A stretch of 56,721 nucleotides of DNA from an uncultured Bacilli bacterium (GTDB taxonomy: Bacteria; Bacillota_I; Bacilli_A; RF39; UBA660): NCBI GenBank assembly GCA_944368815.1, contig CALVXD010000003.1:1-56721 (forward strand), in the 5' to 3' direction. The position numbers were made by a program, and so were the translations under genes. The notes beneath the pieces are model-generated. The model made no database searches. It saw only the letters and a program-made list of their open reading frames with translations, and was not told the DNA's origin. Shown here piece by piece: positions 9,413 through 18,625 of the stretch (position 1 is its first letter; the number at the start of each line of letters is the position of its first letter).

Positions 9413-10306
9413 CTATTTCTTGTTTTTTATTATTTCAATTAATTTTTTAGTGCTAAAGTTAGGTAAATTATTTTTACATAAGGCTATTCCAATATATCTA
9501 GGGGGAATAATTTCTTTTATTTTAAGTTCAAATAGTTCTTCGTTTTCTAATTCATTTTTGATGTATTCTTTTGTAGCATATCCAATACCAAAACCAATTT
9601 TAGCTAGTGTTACTACTAAAGTATAACTTGCTAGTTCCATATTAGGGTTTAATATAACATTATGTTCTTTAGCAAAATTGTCTATAAAATCTCTAGTATT
9701 AGATTCTTTTGTTTGTAATATTAAAGGATAATTATTTAAGTCTTTAATAGATAAATTTAAATTATTTAAGTTTAAATAATCTTTATTAATTACAAAACAA
9801 TCATTAATTTCTTTACACTTTATAATTTCAATATCATCATCATATTTTTTATTATTTAAATTTAATATTACAATATCAATAAGTCCATTTCTAAGTTTAG
9901 TTAAAAGTTCACTAGATATATTAGTATTAATCATAATATCGATATTGGGATATAACTTATGAAATTTTTCTAAATATGGAAGTAAGAATTCTTTTGTTAA
10001 AGTAGTACTTATTCCTATTCTAATACAACCTGTTTCTAAATTAATTAAATCAGTAAATTTATTTTCAGCACTTGTTATATATTCAATTGCTTTTTTTATG
10101 TAGTTATAAAATTCTTTCCCTTCACTTGTTAAAATAACTCCTCGTTTAGTTCTAATAAATAGGGTGCCCCCTAGTTGTTCTTCAAGATTTTTTATTGATT
10201 TACTAATCGCCGGTTGTGATATGTTTAATTCTTTGGCAGCAGCAGTAATATTACCGTTATTAGCAACAGTATAAAAAATTCTATATAATTCAAAATCAAT
10301 ATTCAT
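9413..10306 (-). CDS. LysR family transcriptional regulator
   Basis: ITAAAKELNISQPAISKSIKNLEEQLG..LF.RT HTH. Confidence 0.92.
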   Translation of the reverse strand: MNIDFELYRIFYTVANNGNITAAAKELNISQPAISKSIKNLEEQLGGTLFIRTKRGVILTSEGKEFYNYIKKAIEYITSAENKFTDLINLETGCIRIGISTTLTKEFLLPYLEKFHKLYPNIDIMINTNISSELLTKLRNGLIDIVILNLNNKKYDDDIEIIKCKEINDCFVINKDYLNLNNLNLSIKDLNNYPLILQTKESNTRDFIDNFAKEHNVILNPNMELASYTLVVTLAKIGFGIGYATKEYIKNELENEELFELKIKEIIPPRYIGIALCKNNLPNFSTKKLIEIIKNKK

Positions 10307-10307
10307 A

Positions 10308-10322
10308 ATAACCTCCTGTTAT
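10308..10322. promoter_or_regulatory. LysR recognition site (T-N11-A)
   Basis: ATAAC-CTCCT-GTTAT dyad in the short divergent intergenic region. Confidence 0.55.
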
Positions 10323-10384
10323 AATAGACATAATAAATATGTATTTTAATTATAACAAAAAAGATTATATAATACAATTAGGAA

Positions 10385-10951
10385 GTGAGAAAAATGATTA
10401 TAGGATTATGTGGAAAATCAGGAAGTGGTAAAACAACTTTAGCACAAGAACTTATTAAACAATGTAAGCATAAAGTAGTTCACTTAGATATTGATAAAGT
10501 TGGACATAATGTTTTAACTGTTAAAGAAGTACAACAAGAGTTAATAAATAATTTTGGTAGTTCCATTGTTAATGATGATACAGTGAATAGAAAAAAACTA
10601 AGTAGTATAGTTTTTGAGTCAAAAGATAAAATGAATATATTAGAGAATATTACTTGGAAATATATGGAAATATATATTGATAATTTTTTAAAAGAAAATA
10701 AAGATAATATTGTTATATTAGATTGGATACTACTTCCTAAAACTAAATATTTTAGTATGTGTAATATAAAAGTTCTTTTAGATATTTCTTATGAAATAAG
10801 AAAAGAAAGAGTAATAAATAGAGATAATATAACAGAATTTAATTTTCAATTAAGAGATAGTGCAAGTATTATATATAATCATAAAGACTTTGATTATATA
10901 TTTGATAATACTAATGAAGAAAATATTAAAAGGTTGGTGAAAAGAATATGA
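10385..10951 (+). CDS. coaE: Dephospho-CoA kinase (ATG at 10394 likely start)
   Basis: IIGLCGKSGSGKT, D.DKVGH, FG..I....VNRKKL..IVF, RKERVINRD. Confidence 0.8.
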   Translation: MRKMIIGLCGKSGSGKTTLAQELIKQCKHKVVHLDIDKVGHNVLTVKEVQQELINNFGSSIVNDDTVNRKKLSSIVFESKDKMNILENITWKYMEIYIDNFLKENKDNIVILDWILLPKTKYFSMCNIKVLLDISYEIRKERVINRDNITEFNFQLRDSASIIYNHKDFDYIFDNTNEENIKRLVKRI

Positions 10952-11436
10952 CAAGAGTATTATATCCGGGAAGTTTTGATCCAATAACAAAAGGACATAT
11001 GAATGTCATTAAACAAGCAAGCGATTTATTTGATGAAGTTATTGTGGCAGTTCTTCAAAATTCTAGTAAAAAAACAGGACTATTTACAATAGAAGAGAGA
11101 TTAGAAATCATAAAGGAACTATATAAAGAAGTAAATAATATAAAGGCAGTATCAGGAAGTGGTGCTGCAGTAGACATTGCTATGTTATATAAATGTAGAG
11201 CTATAGTAAGAGGTCTCAGGGGATTATCAGACTATGATTATGAAGTTAGTTTAAACTATATAAATAAAGATATTTCTAATGGAGAAGTAAATACAATATG
11301 TTTATTTGCAGATAAAGATTATCAGTTTATATCTTCAAGTGTGGTTAAAGAAGTATTTAATTTAGATAAAGATATATCTAAATATGTAGATCCACTTGTA
11401 AAAGAGAAAATGTTAATTAAGAAAAGAGGTATATAA
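10948..11436 (+). CDS. coaD: Pantetheine-phosphate adenylyltransferase
   Basis: YPGSFDPITKGH, VRGLRGLSDYDYE, ISSSVVKE. Confidence 0.92.
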   Translation: MTRVLYPGSFDPITKGHMNVIKQASDLFDEVIVAVLQNSSKKTGLFTIEERLEIIKELYKEVNNIKAVSGSGAAVDIAMLYKCRAIVRGLRGLSDYDYEVSLNYINKDISNGEVNTICLFADKDYQFISSSVVKEVFNLDKDISKYVDPLVKEKMLIKKRGI

Positions 11437-11437
11437 T

Positions 11438-12262
11438 ATGGATGAAATAAAAATAACACCACTTGGGACTGTTTCACCTTACTGTAAAGGTAATATGAAT
11501 TGTCCAGGATTTTTAGTAGAAACTAATCAAGAAAAAATATTACTTGACTGTGGCAATGGAATAACTAGATATTTAGATTTAGTAAAAGATTTAAATAATT
11601 TAACAATTATAATAAGTCATTTACATAAAGATCATTATGGAGACTTACTTAGTATTGCTCAAAGTTCTTATGTTTTAAAAAGACTAGGATACCTTCAAGA
11701 AAAAATTAAGGTATATATTCCTAAAGGTGATAAAATTAAGGTTGAAGAAGATTACAAAGATAGTGATGGTTGGGGTGCGTCTAGAACGGTTAAAAAGAAT
11801 CTATTAGACTTTGATTATATAATGGATTTAAGTAAAGTAGGATACTTAGAAATAATACCTTATGATGATAAGTCTAAATTAAGTTTTGATAATATGGAGT
11901 TAAGTTTTTCGAAAAATCCTCATCAAATAATTACTTATAGTACTAAATTGGAAACCGAAGGATTAAAATTAGTATATTCTAGTGATACAGGTTATTGTGG
12001 TAACTCTTTAGAAGAGTTTGCTAAAGATGCTAATTTATTAATATGTGAATCAACTTTTTTAAGAGGGCAAATAAAAAGTGAAGATAGTCATTTATTTGCA
12101 TATGAAGCAGGATTTATTGCTAAAAACGCTAATGCAGAAAGACTGTTATTAACACACTTTTGGCCAGAAATAGATAAGCAAAATTATGTAGATGAAGCAA
12201 AAGAGTATTTTGATAATGTGGAATCTGCAGTTGAAGGAAAGGTACTAAGGTTAAAAAGATAA
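11438..12262 (+). CDS. MBL-fold metallohydrolase (RNase Z/BN-like phosphodiesterase)
   Basis: LGT, LLDCG, SHLHKDHYGD, YSSDTG, CESTF, LTHF motifs. Confidence 0.8.
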   Translation: MDEIKITPLGTVSPYCKGNMNCPGFLVETNQEKILLDCGNGITRYLDLVKDLNNLTIIISHLHKDHYGDLLSIAQSSYVLKRLGYLQEKIKVYIPKGDKIKVEEDYKDSDGWGASRTVKKNLLDFDYIMDLSKVGYLEIIPYDDKSKLSFDNMELSFSKNPHQIITYSTKLETEGLKLVYSSDTGYCGNSLEEFAKDANLLICESTFLRGQIKSEDSHLFAYEAGFIAKNANAERLLLTHFWPEIDKQNYVDEAKEYFDNVESAVEGKVLRLKR

Positions 12263-12263
12263 G

Positions 12264-13703
12264 ATGGAAAAAATAGTAAATAATAAATATGGTTTAAAAG
12301 ATAATAATTTAGATAAGATTACTAATAAAGTAAGAGTTGTATTAATTGATGATAAACTTAATACAATAATTGTAAATTATGCTAATAATATTATGTTTCC
12401 CGGTGGTAAAGTAGATAATGGAGAAAACGATGAACAAGCTTTAATAAGAGAAATAAGAGAAGAGTTAGGTATTGATTTAAGTAGTAATGATATTATCCCG
12501 TTTATAGAATATTATAATTATCTAAAAGATTATCCTACTAGAGATGGTAATATTATAAATAAATTAAATAAAACTAAATATTATATTGTGAAGATTAATA
12601 AAAAAAGTAATTTAAGCAAAAGAGTACTTACTAAATCAGAAATGAATAATAAATTTGAAATTATAGATATTAATTTAACTAATATAAAAAATTATCTTTT
12701 GAATTATAATTCTAATAATCCAAGATTTTTAAGTTTTAAAGAAGAGTTAATAGATATTTTAAATAGTATATATAATTTCTTAAATAAAGAAGAAAGTGAT
12801 ATAAATGGTAAAGAAAAAATAATTGATTTACACACTCACACTAATTATTCTGATGGAGAACTATCTCCAATGGAATTAATTAAGTTGGCAATAGAAAAAA
12901 ATATAGGAACTATTGCTATAACTGATCATGATACACTAGAAGGAATTAAACAAATAGATAGAAGTAATCCATTAATAGTTAATTCTGGTATTAGAGTAAT
13001 AGATGGTATTGAACTATCTGCAAAAGTAACTAAAGGTAGAATGCATATTTTAGGATACGGAATAGATTTAGATAATAAGGAATTAAATGAAAAAATGAGT
13101 ATATTAAAAGATAATAGTATTAATTCTGTTTTATCAATTATGGAACAAATAAAGAGAGATTATGGAATAAGATTTAGTTATAATGATATAAAATCTTTAG
13201 TTAATGCTAATCATAATTTAGGAAGACCTGATTTAGCTAGATTATGTATTAAATATGGGTATGCTAAAACAGTACAAGAAGCATTTGATAAATATTTAAT
13301 TGATGCTTATAATAAGACTAGACAAGTAGGTAAGGGCATTCTTTATCAAGAATGTATTGATTTAATTTTAAATAGTGGTGGTATACCTGTACTTGCACAT
13401 CCTAAATCTTTAGAATTGTCTAAAAAAGAATTTTTAATATTATTAAGAGAAATGATTACGAGTGGCTTAAAAGGTATTGAAGTATATCATTCTAGTTATA
13501 CAAAAGAAGAGATGGAATATTATTTAAGCATAGCAAATAAGTATAATTTACTAATAAGTGGTGGTAGTGATTATCATGGTAAGTCAGTAAAATCTGAAAT
13601 AGAATTAGGAACTGGTAAAAATAATCTTAAAATAAAGGAATTAACAATATTAGATAGTTTAAATTTTTGGAGAAATATTATTATTGTATTCCTTTTTTTG
13701 TAA
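12264..13703 (+). CDS. NUDIX hydrolase - PHP phosphoesterase (YciV/TrpH-like) fusion
   Basis: PGGKVDNGENDEQALIREIREELG Nudix box; DLHTHTNYSDG, AITDHD, GIELS, HILGY, LAHP, GGSDYHG PHP motifs. Confidence 0.8.
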   Translation: MEKIVNNKYGLKDNNLDKITNKVRVVLIDDKLNTIIVNYANNIMFPGGKVDNGENDEQALIREIREELGIDLSSNDIIPFIEYYNYLKDYPTRDGNIINKLNKTKYYIVKINKKSNLSKRVLTKSEMNNKFEIIDINLTNIKNYLLNYNSNNPRFLSFKEELIDILNSIYNFLNKEESDINGKEKIIDLHTHTNYSDGELSPMELIKLAIEKNIGTIAITDHDTLEGIKQIDRSNPLIVNSGIRVIDGIELSAKVTKGRMHILGYGIDLDNKELNEKMSILKDNSINSVLSIMEQIKRDYGIRFSYNDIKSLVNANHNLGRPDLARLCIKYGYAKTVQEAFDKYLIDAYNKTRQVGKGILYQECIDLILNSGGIPVLAHPKSLELSKKEFLILLREMITSGLKGIEVYHSSYTKEEMEYYLSIANKYNLLISGGSDYHGKSVKSEIELGTGKNNLKIKELTILDSLNFWRNIIIVFLFL

Positions 13704-13742
13704 AATGTGTGTTACAATGTAGTTGGGTTTGGAGGCTTTGTT

Positions 13743-15299
13743 ATGAAAAATGAAACATTAAAACAAATTATAAGTCAAATTAAGAAATATCATTTAACTG
13801 AGACTTTCTCAGATATAGAACAGTTTAAAAATCGGATTTCAAGTCTAAGCGATAATCAAATAAATAATTTTCTTAGTTTGGATATAGACTATGAAGAAAT
13901 AGAAAACATCAATTATTTATTAATTAATGAAGATTTATTAAAATGTGCAGATTATAATCAAAAAGTAACTGCAATTGCAACTTTAAAAAATGGCGAAGGT
14001 TGTTGGCATTTATTTGATTATTTATGTAACCCTAATTTTTTAAAGAGTGAAAAATTTTATAAGGATATAGAAATGTTAAGTAAAGCAGATACTGCTAGAT
14101 ATGGTTTAACGATATTAGGAGAAGACGCCTTTATAAATAGTCCATACCATGATGAAGATTTAAAACTACTTGTTGAAACACATGATACTCAAAAAGATAA
14201 TCCTTTAGATTTTGTAGTATCAGATGCTATTGCAATGGTTGCTAGTAATAGTGATTCCATAAAAAGTCCATATCATAGGGAAGATATGAAATTAATAGCA
14301 AAAGTAGGAAGTGAATGTTTACAAACAAAAGGTTCATATCCTGAAAGTCGTTTAAATTATTTAGCAATAGACAAAGTATCTTTATCAGATAAATATCATA
14401 TAGAAAATATGAAAATATTAGCGACTAATCCTATTGCTAGTGAATTTTTATACATTATAATGACTGATTCTAAATTTATAAAAGGTAAAAATTATCGTAA
14501 AGAAGTAGAAGCACTAGTAAATGCTAAAAGTAAAGTGACTGCTAGGGCATTATATTATTATATAGTTAATCCTAATAGGAAATATTTATCTGATTTAGAT
14601 TATTTAGATGATTGTGATTATAATGTAAGTGATGTGCACATATCAGATAGAAATTGTGTTTCGGGTAATAGAGATCCAGAATATTTAAAATATTTAACAA
14701 AAATAAATGAATTTGATGATAAATATGTTATGTATTTTGTTTCCTTATTAATGAATCCATATTTTATAGAAAGTGAATATAAAAAATTTGATTTAGAATT
14801 ATTACAAAATATTTCTAATAGAGAAATATTTATGGATTTATATATATTTCTGACGGATGTAAATTCATTAAGTAGTAATCATCATAAGAAAGATGCTGTT
14901 ATTATAAGTCGAACAGAATCTAAAAATATTCGCAAACTATTATTAAGAAAAGCAATAGATAAATATAGTTTTAATGAAGTTGATCATGAATATGATATGA
15001 ATTATATTTCTAGACTTAATTTAAATTTAATTGATAAAGATATATTTAATGAAATAAGCTATTATTTATTTACAGGAAAAGGAATAAAAGATTTACAACG
15101 AAAAGAGAAGTTAGAAAAACTTATGGAAGGAATATTAGTGGAAAGAACTAGTAGTATATCTTCTTATTTAGATTCTTTAGAAAATGAATTAAATAAAGAT
15201 GGAAGTGGTGATTCACAAATGGTTGAATCTATGCTCAAAATTGAATCAAGCCCTAAATCTAAAATTTTAAGTTTATTAAAAAAATATATACAAAAATAG
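13743..15299 (+). CDS. Hypothetical tandem helical-repeat protein
   Basis: Long ORF, GGAGG RBS before ATG 13743; recurring SPYHxEDhxhh-like units. Confidence 0.7.
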   Translation: MKNETLKQIISQIKKYHLTETFSDIEQFKNRISSLSDNQINNFLSLDIDYEEIENINYLLINEDLLKCADYNQKVTAIATLKNGEGCWHLFDYLCNPNFLKSEKFYKDIEMLSKADTARYGLTILGEDAFINSPYHDEDLKLLVETHDTQKDNPLDFVVSDAIAMVASNSDSIKSPYHREDMKLIAKVGSECLQTKGSYPESRLNYLAIDKVSLSDKYHIENMKILATNPIASEFLYIIMTDSKFIKGKNYRKEVEALVNAKSKVTARALYYYIVNPNRKYLSDLDYLDDCDYNVSDVHISDRNCVSGNRDPEYLKYLTKINEFDDKYVMYFVSLLMNPYFIESEYKKFDLELLQNISNREIFMDLYIFLTDVNSLSSNHHKKDAVIISRTESKNIRKLLLRKAIDKYSFNEVDHEYDMNYISRLNLNLIDKDIFNEISYYLFTGKGIKDLQRKEKLEKLMEGILVERTSSISSYLDSLENELNKDGSGDSQMVESMLKIESSPKSKILSLLKKYIQK

Positions 15300-15347
15300 A
15301 AGAATTACATTTATATTTTTCTATAATAATATATGATTTAGTATAGA

Positions 15348-15377
15348 AAAAGTAGACTTTTATACAGGTCTACTTTT
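15348..15377. terminator. Bidirectional terminator
   Basis: AAAAGTAGACTT...AGGTCTACTTTT between convergent genes. Confidence 0.65.
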
Positions 15378-15402
15378 ATAATGTCAGTTAATATGTTATA
15401 TA

Positions 15403-16534
15403 TTATTTTTTATGTTGCGTTAATTTTTTTGTTAAACTACTATTTTCCCCTTGAGTATTTTTAGGATCATAAGCACCTAATGCTTTTTTTAATGCTATTT
15501 TTAATTGTAATAATTTAGCTATCATGCTTAAGTCTTTTTCTTTATTATGAAAATGATTATATTTATCACATAATTCTATTAAAGTAAAATTATCAAAATT
15601 CATAAATGTTTCTTTTGATATAGTGATTATGCTAGGACCTAAATCAGGTCTTCTTTTAATAAAATCAACTACTTTATTTAAACTTTCCTCTGTATGTGAA
15701 AATTTACTTATAGCGCGACTTATAAAATAATCTAATGTACATAATTCTTCATCTGTATATATTTTTCATCATTAAACTTAGGTCAGATAGGTGATTGGAA
15801 AATCCTTTTGTTTTCATTAAATTGTTTAATCTATCACGAACTTCTTCTGAAAAATTTTCTCTATAACTATTATTAATTAATCTTAATTGTTCTTCAGTTG
15901 CTTTTATATAAGTTTCATCTGTAAATGTATCTAAATTTGCTTTCTCAAATAAATGTTCTAATTCATCATAACATGTTTTTTTATTTGAAATATTTTTAAT
16001 TAAATCATATTTTAAATTAATTAATTTTACGAATCTTTGAATATATTGTTCTTTTTTTTCTTCAGTTAGACCTTCTATACTTTTAGCGAAGTTTCTAAAA
16101 ATATATCCACAAGTTTTAATCATTTCAATATATTTTTCCTTTTCAAATCTTGAAGAAATTGATTTATCTAAATATTGAAAATTAATATGATAATTTCTAT
16201 TAAACTCAATATCTTCTTTTATTAAATCGCGCAATAAATCTATATTATCATAATATAAAGCAGTATAGTATAATGCTAAAGATATCCTTATTTTTTTATT
16301 TTCATATTCATCAACAATTGGAAGAATTGTATAAATTAGATTTCCTTTTGGGTCTTTTTGAAGATTTTTAAAATTAGCATTAATTAAATCGTTTAATACA
16401 ATAGCCATTTTTTTATCTATTTCTGTCTCTTTTTCTTTTTCTAATTTAATATTATTTTTAACCATGCCTTTAATTTCATTTAATGTTTCTAAAACATAAA
16501 TATTAATAAAATCATTTTTGTTTGTTGTTTCCAT
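15403..16534 (-). pseudogene. Frameshifted hypothetical gene (joins ORFs 15749-16534 and 15403-15603)
   Basis: Deleting one base from the T5 run at 15762-15766 gives one continuous frame (...LMMKIYTDEELCTLDY...ETFMNFDNF...) of about 376 aa. Confidence 0.7.
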
Positions 16535-17101
16535 AAAAACTTCCCTAATATTTTAGTGCACATAAAGTAACCTTTATATGTGATTACTATTATATATCAA
16601 TATTAATTAAATGACAATACTTTTTAATGAAATAATAAGAGTAATTAATAAGGAAATATTTTTAGTAGGTTAATAAATTTGATTAGTATAGATTAGTATA
16701 GATATATAGACACAAAAAGGCTAGAAATGTAATACAATAATTATCAATGAAGGGAAGTGTCATCTATACTAACACCATTTTATGAATTGCTAAACATAAA
16801 AGAGAAAGTTAATTTAAAGAAAAAACAAAATTTAACTATAAAATATATAGAAAATTTAAAAATAATTTTATAAACATAAAAAAATCAAATGAAATTACTT
16901 AATTTATTATTAGATAAAAAAGATTTTGTAATATTTTGTTAAATTTATGTTAATTTGTATACAAATATGAATCTCTAAATTATATTATTCAAATATATAG
17001 AGTGAACTTTATATAAAATTTTATAAAAAACAGTATATTTTATTTAAATACCTTGATTTTAAAAATAAAAGAATGTAAAATTATAAACAGGAGGTATAAA
17101 T

Positions 17102-17605
17102 ATGAAAATGAAAAAAAGTGATCTTATTTTAATTGGTGGAGTCTTATTAGTTATATTGATAAGTTTTCTTGCATTTAATGTAAAATCAGAAAAAATAGAA
17201 GTTCCAGTAAAATTAGAGGGAAATCCAGGAATAAATGAAATTACTTATTCAGAATATGAAGAAAAAATAAATAATGAAGAAACTTTTCTTGTTATGATAG
17301 TAAATGATGGATGTTCTTATTGCGAAATGTTTATTCCTGTAATGACTGAAGTAGCAAATGAATATAGTATTCCAGTTTATAGTTTAAACTTAGCTAATTT
17401 AACTAGCGATGAATACAATTCTTTATCTAATTCTAATAGTTATTTGAAGAGAGAACGATGGGGAACTCCTACTACTTTATTAATGCAAGGAAAAACAGTA
17501 ATAGATTCAATTGGGGGATATGTTGAAAAAGAAAATTTAGTATCATTTGTTAAAGAAAATATAGTTTTAACTTCGGATGAAGAAAATTCTAATAATGTAG
17601 AATAA
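17102..17605 (+). CDS. Membrane-anchored thioredoxin-like protein
   Basis: N-terminal TM, GCSYC (CxxC), GTPT cis-Pro loop. Confidence 0.8.
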   Translation: MKMKKSDLILIGGVLLVILISFLAFNVKSEKIEVPVKLEGNPGINEITYSEYEEKINNEETFLVMIVNDGCSYCEMFIPVMTEVANEYSIPVYSLNLANLTSDEYNSLSNSNSYLKRERWGTPTTLLMQGKTVIDSIGGYVEKENLVSFVKENIVLTSDEENSNNVE

Positions 17606-17617
17606 TGAGGAGAAAAT

Positions 17618-18067
17618 ATGAGAAAAATAAGTAAAACATATGAATTAGCTAAACAGTTTAAAAGAAAATATCCTTTAACTATTGCGTGGAGAATTAAACA
17701 ACATTGTAAGGTTATTGATACCCATTTAAATCCTGGTGAAGAAGTATTGTATGTATTTATGGGACAAAAAAATTTAAGTTCATTTGATTTTGTTAATACT
17801 AATTTAGTAGTCCTTACTACAAAAAGATTAATGATTGCAACTAAAAGATTATTATTTGGATATTTCTTTATTGCAGTAACACCAGATATGTTTAATGACT
17901 TGACTGTAATAGATGGAATTATATGGGGAAAAATTAAAATTGATACTATTAAAGAGGAGGTTTTACTTAGTAATATAGATCCGAAGGCGCTTCCTGAAAT
18001 TGAAACTAAAGTAAGTGATTATATGATAAAAGAAAAGAGAAGATATGCTCAAAGAAGTGGTGTTTAA
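17618..18067 (+). CDS. Bacterial PH-domain protein
   Basis: LNPGEEVLYVF, LVVLTTKRL pattern typical of bPH domains. Confidence 0.55.
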   Translation: MRKISKTYELAKQFKRKYPLTIAWRIKQHCKVIDTHLNPGEEVLYVFMGQKNLSSFDFVNTNLVVLTTKRLMIATKRLLFGYFFIAVTPDMFNDLTVIDGIIWGKIKIDTIKEEVLLSNIDPKALPEIETKVSDYMIKEKRRYAQRSGV

Positions 18068-18112
18068 TCACTTTTTTTCTTTTTATACATAAATTATTTT
18101 AGGAGTGGTTTT

Positions 18113-18565
18113 ATGTATGATATATATACAATTAAAAGTAGTGATACTATAGAGTCTGTTAGTAATAAATTTAATATTAGCCCATCAAACTTATATAAAT
18201 TAAATGGCTTTACTCCAGATTACATATTGAGAGCAGGATCTAATATAATAGTTCCTAAAAGTCAAAATTCTTATTTTAATTATTATACTGTTCAAAAAGG
18301 AGATAATTTATATAAAATAGCTAAAATATATAATATAAACGAAAATTTATTAGCAGAATTAAACGGTCTCAATAAAGCAGATTACATATATCCAAATCAA
18401 GTAATAGTAGTTCCAAAACCTGGGGTAAATGTTTATATTACTAAAGATGGTGATACATTAATGGGAGTGGTAAAAGGAATAAAAGCAAATATAAATGTAT
18501 TATTATTGGAAAATCCTAATATTTTTTTGCAATCAGATCAAATTATTATATATAAAGAAAAGTAA
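18113..18565 (+). CDS. LysM repeat protein (possible spore coat/cortex protein)
   Basis: YTIKSSDT, YTVQKGDNLYKIAK, YITKDGDTL LysM units; no signal peptide; CATAAATT upstream. Confidence 0.8.
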   Translation: MYDIYTIKSSDTIESVSNKFNISPSNLYKLNGFTPDYILRAGSNIIVPKSQNSYFNYYTVQKGDNLYKIAKIYNINENLLAELNGLNKADYIYPNQVIVVPKPGVNVYITKDGDTLMGVVKGIKANINVLLLENPNIFLQSDQIIIYKEK

Positions 18566-18625
18566 CAAAAATATTTCTTTTTCTTTTTTTTTATTGTATA
18601 ATAAAAAAGAATAGAGGGGATATAA

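Noticed and set aside
9433-9446. 14-nt match of the mini-array spacer (TTCAATTAATTTTT) in the lysR 3' end, with shorter matches near 15315 and 15860
   Set aside because: Nearly all A/T and expected by chance at this composition; does not extend
10385-16534. Shared basic C-terminal tails (KRLVKRI, KVLRLKR, LLKKYIQK, LTKKLTQHKK) as a secretion signal
   Set aside because: Adequately explained by AT-driven Lys bias and overlap with downstream purine-rich RBS; would need genome-wide statistics
16927-16953. WalR-like TGTTAA-N5-TGTTAA box
   Set aside because: AT-rich motif not upstream of a wall hydrolase; the similar site near 52806 has the wrong spacing
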